The notes beneath the pieces are model-generated. The model saw only the letters and a program-made list of their open reading frames with translations, searched no databases and was not told the origin of the DNA. DNA of 21,264 nucleotides, from UHGV virus genome UHGV-0381259; one strand, 5' to 3'. Position 1 is the first letter of the stretch. Every line of letters begins with the position of its first letter. Made by a program: the position numbers and the translations under genes. Shown here in pieces: positions 15,086 to 21,264 of the stretch. The stretch is from a virus.

Positions 15086-16473
15086 GCACAAAATTTTATA
15101 CCCTGCTGACGGATATTGGCGCGGCGAAACTTGCCAGCGCCGCCGCGCTCGGTGTGCCGCTAAAAATTACCCATATGGCGGTGGGCGATGGCGGTGGAGT
15201 ATTGCCAACGCCGGACGCAAAGCAGACGGCACTGGTAAATGAGAAACGCCGGGCTGCGCTGAATATGCTTTATATCGACCCGCAGAACAGCAGCCAGATT
15301 ATTGCCGAACAGGTGATCCCTGAAAACGAGGGCGGTTGGTGGATACGTGAAGTGGGCTTGTTTGATGAGTCCGGGGCATTGATTGCCGTGGGCAACTGCC
15401 CGGAAAGCTATAAGCCGCAACTGGCTGAAGGTAGCGGGCGCACTCAGACCGTGCGCATGGTGCTGATTACCAGCAGCACGGACAATATCACCCTGAAAAT
15501 CGACCCTGCTGTAGTGCTGGCAACCCGCAAGTATGTGGATGACAAGGCACTGGAGCTGAAGGTGTACGCGGATGATCAGATGGCAAAACATCTTGCCGCA
15601 CCGGACCCGCATTCACAGTACGCGCCAAAAGCCAGCCCGACATTTACCGGAACCCCCAAAGCGCCGACGCCAGCGGCGGGGAATAATACCACGCAACTTG
15701 CGACCACCGCGTTTGTTCAGGCGGCACTGACAGCCCTGATTAATGGTGCGCCAGCCACGCTGGACACGCTGAAAGAAATAGCCGCAGCCATTAACAATGA
15801 TCCGAATTTCAGTACCACCATTAACAATGCGCTGGCACTAAAAGCACCGTTGTCGAGTCCGGCACTCACCGGAACGCCAACAGCCCCCACGGCGGCGCAG
15901 TCGGTCAACAATACACAGATTGCCACTACGGCTTTTGTGAAATCGGCGATTGCAGGAATGGTGGGTTCTGCACCTGCTGCACTGGATACACTGAACGAAC
16001 TGGCGGCGGCACTGGGGAATGATCCGAACTTTGCCACGACAATGCTTAATGCGCTGGCAGGTAAACAACCGCTGGACAATACGCTTACCAATTTGAGTGG
16101 GAAGGATGTTGCCGGTCTTCTTGCATACCTTCAATTGGGAGAAGCGGCGAAACGGGATGTTGGCTCAGGGGCGGGACAAGTTCCTGATATGAGTAGTTTT
16201 CAGTCAGGTGGCGGGTGGTTTAAGTTGCCGAGTGGATATGTTATTCAGGCTTTCGAGGCGTCTTTTGATTCTAACGGGCTATATATCAATTTCCCTATAC
16301 CATTTCCGAGTAGCGTTATTGCTATTGTGCCAGGCGTTTTAATGTCAACGACTGCCTCTCCATCACAACAATTTCCATCAATACAATGTGACGTCAATGA
16401 TCTGACCCGTTTTTTTGCTAAATACAATATGGGTGGAATGAATGCTTCATATTTTATTGCTATAGGAAAATAA
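15082..16473 (+). CDS. H: Tail fibre protein H (constant N-terminal part plus a C-terminal variable tip encoded inside the invertible segment)
   Basis: N-terminus MSTKFYTLLTDIGAAKLASAAALGVPLKITHMAVGDGGG is the conserved P2 H / Mu S type; the C-terminal ~110 aa after LGEAAKR lie past the left crossover site and have a diverged homolog on the opposite strand at 17332-17682. Confidence 0.9.
   Translation: MSTKFYTLLTDIGAAKLASAAALGVPLKITHMAVGDGGGVLPTPDAKQTALVNEKRRAALNMLYIDPQNSSQIIAEQVIPENEGGWWIREVGLFDESGALIAVGNCPESYKPQLAEGSGRTQTVRMVLITSSTDNITLKIDPAVVLATRKYVDDKALELKVYADDQMAKHLAAPDPHSQYAPKASPTFTGTPKAPTPAAGNNTTQLATTAFVQAALTALINGAPATLDTLKEIAAAINNDPNFSTTINNALALKAPLSSPALTGTPTAPTAAQSVNNTQIATTAFVKSAIAGMVGSAPAALDTLNELAAALGNDPNFATTMLNALAGKQPLDNTLTNLSGKDVAGLLAYLQLGEAAKRDVGSGAGQVPDMSSFQSGGGWFKLPSGYVIQAFEASFDSNGLYINFPIPFPSSVIAIVPGVLMSTTASPSQQFPSIQCDVNDLTRFFAKYNMGGMNASYFIAIGK
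15634..16074 (+). repeat. Intragenic tandem duplication (two ~74-codon units) within tail fibre gene H
   Basis: Consecutive protein units ...TGTPKAPTPAAGNNTTQLATTAFVQAALTALINGAPATLDTLKEIAAAINNDPNFSTTINNALALKAPL and ...TGTPTAPTAAQSVNNTQIATTAFVKSAIAGMVGSAPAALDTLNELAAALGNDPNFATTMLNALAGKQPL. Confidence 0.7.
16118..16143. other. Candidate left crossover site (hix/gix-like) of the invertible segment
   Basis: TTCTTGCATACC-TT-CAATTGGGAGAA; outer half-site resembles the recalled hix/gix consensus TTCTTGAAAACC; inner half-site TTGGGAGAA is the inverted copy of the inner half of the right site. Confidence 0.45.
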
Positions 16474-16475
16474 CC

Positions 16476-16898
16476 ATGTATTTATTTTCGCCAAGCACAT
16501 TGGGTTTTTATCCCATCGAGATGAAAGAAGAATACCTTACCAATGGTTCATTACCATCTGATGTTATAGAGGTTTCTGATAGCGTCAGAAATGAATATAA
16601 CTTTGCGCCACCTGAAGGCAAACAGCTAAGTTCCAGCCAAAATATGCCAGTCTGGATTGATATTCCACCGGCGACACGTGAAGAGTTGATTGCTGCTGCC
16701 GAAAAAGAACGCCAGAAACTACTGGCCCATGCTGACGCTGTTATGCTGGACTGGCGAACTGAACTGATGCTGGGTGAAATCAGCGACGCCAACAAAGCTA
16801 AGCTGTCGGCGTGGCTGGCCTATAAAAATGAAGTTAAGTCGGCTGATGTGACAACTGACCCGGAGCGTGTTAACTGGCCTGTTCCCCCGGAGGCGTAG
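16476..16898 (+). CDS. G: Tail fibre assembly chaperone G (Tfa family), currently expressed orientation
   Basis: 140-aa product with the conserved Tfa C-terminal pattern (IAAAEKERQKLL...W.PVPPEA); directly follows H. Confidence 0.85.
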   Translation: MYLFSPSTLGFYPIEMKEEYLTNGSLPSDVIEVSDSVRNEYNFAPPEGKQLSSSQNMPVWIDIPPATREELIAAAEKERQKLLAHADAVMLDWRTELMLGEISDANKAKLSAWLAYKNEVKSADVTTDPERVNWPVPPEA

Positions 16899-17310
16899 GC
16901 CATTCAATATCTGGCGCACCGGAAGTATCGACCAGTTCCAGTGCGTCCAGATAATCCAGCCACAAATTATATTGCGCCAGTTCCTCACCTTTCAGACGAC
17001 CAATAGCCGCTTTACCAGGCCATTGTTTACTGTTCATATAATCGTTGGCCTGATTAATCAGTTGCTGCTTTTCAAGTTCGGCTGCAGCAATCTGTTCCTC
17101 ATGTGTTGGTGGTGGAATTTCAGTCCATGCAGGAAAACTATTTTCTCCAGCGATACGGATTTTTCCTTTCGGCGGTAATCCGGAAAACTCAATATACACT
17201 TGCTCATCAACTTCAACAGCATCATCTGGCCATGAGTCAGCTTGAGTGTAATCCTCTTTCATCTCCAGCGGATAGAAAGAGTTTGTAGTCGCGGAATATA
17301 TGTAATTCAT
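16870..17310 (-). CDS. Alternative tail fibre assembly chaperone G' (Tfa family), silent orientation
   Basis: 146-aa minus-strand product homologous to G (FYPLEMKEDY...IAAAELEKQQL...WPTPPGE); its 3' end overlaps the 3' end of G by about 29 bp. Confidence 0.8.
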   Translation of the reverse strand: MNYIYSATTNSFYPLEMKEDYTQADSWPDDAVEVDEQVYIEFSGLPPKGKIRIAGENSFPAWTEIPPPTHEEQIAAAELEKQQLINQANDYMNSKQWPGKAAIGRLKGEELAQYNLWLDYLDALELVDTSGAPDIEWPTPPGEQAS

Positions 17311-17331
17311 TTTTCACTCCATATAGCTAAA

Positions 17332-17682
17332 TTAACAGCCTAACGCTAAAAATGAAGCGCCGAGGCCAGGAGTACTGGCTCTGGATATAAATTTAACCGG
17401 GTCGGGACTAAAACCTGCACAGGCAATATAACCAACAGCCCCGCTATCTGGTGTGTAGTCTTGTGAGACCAAAACACGCAGACATCTGTTTGGAAATGCA
17501 ATCGGGAAATGGGTTACTACATCCTGTGCAATGCCTGGTGCGCCGATTGAGCCCCACTGAAGAATAAAACCTGATGGAAATTTTTGATATCCAGTACCTG
17601 AAACAGAAAGCGTGAAGCTACCCATATCAGGTATCTGATTCGCCCCTGTCCCTACATTCCTTTTAGCCGCTTCTCCCAAACC
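17332..17682 (-). CDS. Alternative tail-fibre C-terminal tip Hv' (no own start; fused to H constant part after inversion)
   Basis: Minus-strand frame encodes ...[22 protein letters not shown]...FPSGFILQ...FPIAFP..., parallel to the H tip (LGEAAKRDVGSGAGQVPDMSSF...LPSGYVIQ...FPIPFP); the track ORF extension to 17781 is outside the segment and not a real N-terminus. Confidence 0.7.
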   Translation of the reverse strand, partial: GLGEAAKRNVGTGANQIPDMGSFTLSVSGTGYQKFPSGFILQWGSIGAPGIAQDVVTHFPIAFPNRCLRVLVSQDYTPDSGAVGYIACAGFSPDPVKFISRASTPGLGASFLALGC

Positions 17683-17696
17683 AACGTTTAAGAAAA
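17671..17696. other. Candidate right crossover site (hix/gix-like) of the invertible segment
   Basis: TTCTCCCAAACC-AA-CGTTTAAGAAAA closely resembles the recalled Hin/Gin site consensus TTCTTGAAAACC-AA-GGTTTTTGATAA. Confidence 0.5.
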
Positions 17697-17750
17697 TGTA
17701 GTTTTCCCCCCTAGCTGGCATCATTTGGGCTTTTGCATGAGGGAAAACAA

Positions 17751-18329
17751 ATGCAGGTTGGCTATGTGCGCGTATCAACAAATGAACAAAATACCGCGCT
17801 ACAGCGTGACGCGCTGGAACGGTCGGGATGTGAGCTAATTTTCGAGGATAAAATCAGCGGTAAATCGACAAACAGGCCAAGGTTAAATCGCGCACTCAGG
17901 CAACTTAATGCCGGTGATACTCTCGTTGTCTGGAAGCTCGACAGGCTCGGGCGTAGCATGCGCCATCTTGTCTCTATGACTGAAGAGCTTCGCCAGCGAG
18001 GGGTTAATTTCAGAAGCCTGACCGACAGTATTGATACCTCAACCCCGATGGGGCGATTTTTCTTTCACATCATGGGCGCTCTTGCAGAAATGGAACGCGA
18101 GTTAATCGTCGAACGAACCCGCGCCGGGCTGGATGCAGCCCGGGCACAAGGCAGGATCGGAGGTCGTAGGCCGAAGCTGACGCCTGATGAATGGGCTCAG
18201 GCTGGCCGGTTGATTGCGGCCGGAGAATCCCGACAGCGTGTTGCACTGATTTTTGATGTGGGCATATCGACGCTGTATAAAAAATTTCCGGCGACAAATC
18301 CCGTTGTGTCAGCCACCGGCGAACCCTGA
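17751..18329 (+). CDS. Serine recombinase, DNA invertase of the Gin/Hin/Pin/Cin family
   Basis: N-terminus [22 protein letters not shown] with the catalytic Ser context (YVRVST); resolvase catalytic domain plus C-terminal HTH ([22 protein letters not shown]); about 192 aa; adjacent to the right crossover site. Confidence 0.9.
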   Translation: MQVGYVRVSTNEQNTALQRDALERSGCELIFEDKISGKSTNRPRLNRALRQLNAGDTLVVWKLDRLGRSMRHLVSMTEELRQRGVNFRSLTDSIDTSTPMGRFFFHIMGALAEMERELIVERTRAGLDAARAQGRIGGRRPKLTPDEWAQAGRLIAAGESRQRVALIFDVGISTLYKKFPATNPVVSATGEP

Positions 18330-18393
18330 CAAATAGCCGCATACAGGCGTAAACCAGACAATATCACTCACCTCAACTAACGGAGTTAAACGG

Positions 18394-19581
18394 ATGAGTG
18401 ATTATCATCACGGTGTCGAGGTCGTCGAAATTAACGACGGCACCCGCACAATCTCGACGGTATCAACGGCGGTCGTTGGCATGGTCTGCACAGCCAGTGA
18501 TGCTGACGCCGGGGCTTTCCCTCTCAATGAGCCGGTGCTGATTACCAACCCACAAAGCGCCATCGCAAAAGCCGGTACTAAAGGTACCCTGGCAAAATCC
18601 TTACAGCTCATCGCTAACCAGTCAAAACCGGTTGTCGTTGTTGTGCGTGTCGCGGAGGGTACCGGCGACGGCGAAGAGGCACAGGCGCAAACCATTTCTA
18701 ACATCATCGGCACCACGAATGAGAATGGCAAATATACCGGGATGAAAGCGCTGTTAACGGCGAAAGCGGTCACCGGCGTGAAGCCACGTATTCTCGGTGT
18801 GCCGGGGCTCGATACTCAGGAGGTGGCGACCGCGCTTGTCTCCGTGGCTCAGAAGCTGCGCGCTTTCGCCTATGTCAGCGCGTGGGGCTGTAAAACCATT
18901 GCTGACGTTATCGCCTACCGCGAAAACTTCAGCGCCCGTGAGCTCATGATTATCTGGCCTGACTTCCTCGGGTGGGATACCACGGCCAACGCGACCACAA
19001 CCAGTTATGCAACAGCGATCGCGTTGGGACTGCGCGCAAAAATCGACAATGATACAGGCTGGCATAAAACCCTGTCAAACGTCGGCATCAATGGCGTCAC
19101 CGGTATCAGTGCGTCGGTCTTCTGGGATTTGCAGGAATCTGGCACTGATGCCGACCTGCTGAATGAGGCCGGTGTTACGACGCTGATTCGTGCCGATGGT
19201 TTCCGCTTCTGGGGTAACCGTAATTGCTCCGATGACCCGCTGTTTCAGTTTGAGAACTACACCCGCACCGCACAGGTCATAGCCGACACAATAGCCGAGG
19301 GGCATATGTGGGCGAACGATAAGCCCATCACCGCGACGTTGATTCGCGACATTATCGACGGCATCAACGCGAAATTCCGCGAGCTGAAAACCGGCGGTTA
19401 CATCATCGATGCGACGTGCTGGTTTGACGAAGAGGCCAACAGTAAAGAAACCCTGAAAGCCGGGAAACTGTTTATCGATTATGACTATACGCCGGTGCCG
19501 CCACTCGAACACCTGACCTTACGCCAGCGCATTACTGATAAATATCTGGCGAATCTTATCTCGTCCGTCAACAGCAAATAA
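18394..19581 (+). CDS. FI: Contractile tail sheath protein FI (gpFI family)
   Basis: 395-aa product, N-terminus MSDYHHGVEVVEINDGTRTI, typical of P2 FI; followed by the tube gene. Confidence 0.93.
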   Translation: MSDYHHGVEVVEINDGTRTISTVSTAVVGMVCTASDADAGAFPLNEPVLITNPQSAIAKAGTKGTLAKSLQLIANQSKPVVVVVRVAEGTGDGEEAQAQTISNIIGTTNENGKYTGMKALLTAKAVTGVKPRILGVPGLDTQEVATALVSVAQKLRAFAYVSAWGCKTIADVIAYRENFSARELMIIWPDFLGWDTTANATTTSYATAIALGLRAKIDNDTGWHKTLSNVGINGVTGISASVFWDLQESGTDADLLNEAGVTTLIRADGFRFWGNRNCSDDPLFQFENYTRTAQVIADTIAEGHMWANDKPITATLIRDIIDGINAKFRELKTGGYIIDATCWFDEEANSKETLKAGKLFIDYDYTPVPPLEHLTLRQRITDKYLANLISSVNSK

Positions 19582-19593
19582 GGAGCCTGACAA

Positions 19594-20112
19594 ATGGCAT
19601 TACCGCGCAAGCTCAAACTCATGAACCTGTTTATCGATGGGGTGAGTTATCTCGGCGTCGTGCAGTCCGTCACGCTGCCGAAATTAACCCGCAAGCTCGA
19701 GAACTATCGCGGCGGCGGGATGAATGGTTCGGCACCGGTCGACCTCGGCCTCGATGACGATGCGCTGTCGGCTGAAATCTCTCTCGGCGGCTTCCCCGAT
19801 GACGCTATCTGGTCGTTATACGCTGCCACCGGCGCGGCCTCCGTACCGCTACGTTTTGCCGGGTCTTACCAGCGTGATGACACCGGCGAGACCGTGCCGG
19901 TTGAGGTTGTTCTCCGTGGCCGTCAGAAAGAAATCGACCTCGGTGAAGCCAAACAGGGCGAAGACACCGAGTCGAAAATCGCTCTCGCGTGTACCTATTT
20001 CAAGCTGACGATGAATGGCTCGGAACTGGTGGAAATCGACACCGTGAACCTCATCGAAAAAGTGAACGGCACCGACATGCTCGAGGCGCACCGACAAAAT
20101 ATCGGCCTGTAA
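19594..20112 (+). CDS. FII: Tail tube protein FII (gpFII family)
   Basis: 172-aa product (MALPRKLKLMNLFIDGVSYLG...), same length as P2 FII; position after FI. Confidence 0.9.
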   Translation: MALPRKLKLMNLFIDGVSYLGVVQSVTLPKLTRKLENYRGGGMNGSAPVDLGLDDDALSAEISLGGFPDDAIWSLYAATGAASVPLRFAGSYQRDDTGETVPVEVVLRGRQKEIDLGEAKQGEDTESKIALACTYFKLTMNGSELVEIDTVNLIEKVNGTDMLEAHRQNIGL

Positions 20113-20174
20113 TTTATGCCCCGGTCAGCATGGCTGGCCGGGCATCCTGAAACCAGAATTTAACGAGAAATATC

Positions 20175-20447
20175 ATGGATAAAACTAACGAAAATATCGT
20201 CACTCTGATTAAACCCATTAAGCGCGGTGAGCAGGTTATTACCGACGTCACCCTGTTAAAACCGTGTGCCGGAACCCTTCGCGGTGTCAGCCTGGCATCA
20301 GTCGCAAACTCTGACGTCGATGCGCTGATTAAAGTGCTGCCGCGCATGACCATGCCGTCGCTGACCGAGCAGGAAGCCGCCGCACTGGAGCTGCCCGACC
20401 TGCTGTCGTTTGCCGGTAAGGTGGTCGGTTTTTTGTCACCGAGTTAG
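20175..20447 (+). CDS. E: Tail assembly chaperone E (gpE)
   Basis: 90-aa ORF ending just after a TTTTTTG slippery site; position between FII and T. Confidence 0.85.
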   Translation: MDKTNENIVTLIKPIKRGEQVITDVTLLKPCAGTLRGVSLASVANSDVDALIKVLPRMTMPSLTEQEAAALELPDLLSFAGKVVGFLSPS

Positions 20448-20608
20448 GCGGCGTAATCTTCCCGCAAAAACTCACGGTCGATGACCTGATGGCTGACATA
20501 GCGGTAATTTTCCACTGGTCGCCATCAGACCTGTATCCCATGAGCCTGACCGAACTCGTCAACTGGCGCGAAAAAGCGCTACAGCGAAGCGGAAACACGA
20601 ATGAGTAA
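20175..20608 (+). CDS. Tail assembly chaperone E+E' (programmed -1 frameshift product)
   Basis: Slippery heptamer T-TTT-TTG at 20429-20435; the -1 frame is open from there (VTELGGVIFPQKLTVDDLMADIAVIFHWSPSDLYPMSLTELVNWREKALQRSGNTNE*) to TAA at 20606-20608, overlapping the T start, as in P2 E/E'. Confidence 0.7.
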
Positions 20609-21264
20609 TAACCTCAAACTCGAAGTGCTGCTGAAAGCTGTCGACCAGGCGACCCGACCCTTTAAAGCGATCCAGACAGCGAGCAAATCGCTGTCTGGCG
20701 ATATCCGCACGACTCAGCAATCCCTGCGTGATTTGAATGGTCAGGCATCGAAAATCGACGGTTTTCGCAAAACCAGCGCACAACTGGCGGTAACCGGACA
20801 GGCACTGGAAAAGGCAAAACAGGAAGCCGCCGAGCTGGCGGTGCAGTTTAAAAACACGGAACGGCCAACGGCGGCACAGGCCAGAGTGCTGGAATCAGCA
20901 AAGCGTTCGGCTGAAGGGTTACAGGCAAAATATAACAGCCTCACCCAATCGGTGAAGCGGCAACAGACCGAGCTCGGCAAAGCGGGGATTAATACGCGCA
21001 ATCTGTCGAATGATGAAAGCCGCCTGAAAAACTCTATCAATGAAACTACCGCACAACTTAACCGCCAGCGTGAAGCACTGGCGCGGGTCAGCGCGCAACA
21101 GGCAAAACTCAGCGCAGTACAAAAACGCTATCAGGCAGGAAAGGCACTGGCTGGAAATGCGGCATCGATGGGCGCTGCCGGGATAGGCATGGCAACGACC
21201 GGAGCGCTTGCCGGTGTTGCACTAATGAAGCCCGGTTATGATTTTGCTCAGAAAAACTCTGAGT
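20601..21264 (+). CDS. T: Tail tape measure protein T (gpT), 5' portion; continues past the window end
   Basis: N-terminus MSNNLKLEVLLKAVDQATRPFKAIQTASKSLSGDIRTTQQSLRDLNG closely parallels P2 gpT as recalled; open to the window end. Confidence 0.9.
   Translation, partial: MSNNLKLEVLLKAVDQATRPFKAIQTASKSLSGDIRTTQQSLRDLNGQASKIDGFRKTSAQLAVTGQALEKAKQEAAELAVQFKNTERPTAAQARVLESAKRSAEGLQAKYNSLTQSVKRQQTELGKAGINTRNLSNDESRLKNSINETTAQLNRQREALARVSAQQAKLSAVQKRYQAGKALAGNAASMGAAGIGMATTGALAGVALMKPGYDFAQKNSE

Larger units (their letters stand above)
16131..17684. mobile_element. Invertible DNA segment (Mu G-segment / P1 C-segment-like tail-fibre switch), about 1.55 kb
   Basis: Bounded by inverted hix/gix-like sites; contains Hv+G on the plus strand and G'+Hv' on the minus strand; a serine invertase gene lies just outside the right boundary. 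Confidence 0.6.

Noticed and set aside
17683-17781. Apparent N-terminal part of the minus-strand ORF 17332..17781, including its Met start
   Set aside because: This part lies outside the invertible segment and overlaps the invertase start; homology to tail fibre H begins only at the crossover site, so the ORF is a promoterless fibre tip, not an independent gene starting at 17781.
20115-20146. Imperfect hairpin after FII (ATGCCCCGGTCAGC / GCTGGCCGGGCAT) as an intrinsic terminator
   Set aside because: Stem has mismatches/bulges and no U-tract follows; FII must be co-transcribed with E and T, so at most an attenuator. Not called as a feature.
1-21264. Search for CRISPR arrays, tRNA/rRNA genes, integrase and att sites
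   Set aside because: No regularly spaced direct repeats, no tRNA-like cloverleaf candidates and no tyrosine integrase seen; the integration module of a P2-like prophage would lie outside this window.

Overview
This window is a contiguous stretch of a P2-like (Peduovirus-type) prophage from an enterobacterial genome, read entirely from the sequence and the ORF translations with no database searches. From about 3139 to the end it carries the canonical P2 late-gene order: portal Q and terminase P on the minus strand, then O, N, M, L, X, a lysis cassette (holin, endolysin, lysA, lysB/lysC), R, S, V, W, J, I, H, G, sheath FI, tube FII, E/E' with a -1 frameshift, and the start of tape measure T. 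Three things are not explained by the standard P2 layout. (1) The most likely candidate for an undescribed system is a visibly AT-rich cargo island (about 600-3138) between a cos-like sequence and the 3' end of Q: two unrecognisable proteins (174 and 247 aa) followed by a compact 325-aa retron-type reverse transcriptase, with a perfect 17-bp hairpin just upstream of the RT. I read this as a candidate retron-like antiphage system whose partner proteins I cannot assign to a known effector class. (2) A 235-aa paralog of the terminase ATPase domain, lacking the nuclease half, sits between P and Q and is translationally coupled to both. (3) The slot between G and FI holds a Mu G-segment-like invertible tail-fibre cassette (alternative fibre tip and chaperone on the opposite strand) with a Gin/Hin/Pin-family serine invertase and hix/gix-like crossover sites. 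All family assignments rest on motif recognition and remembered homologs.
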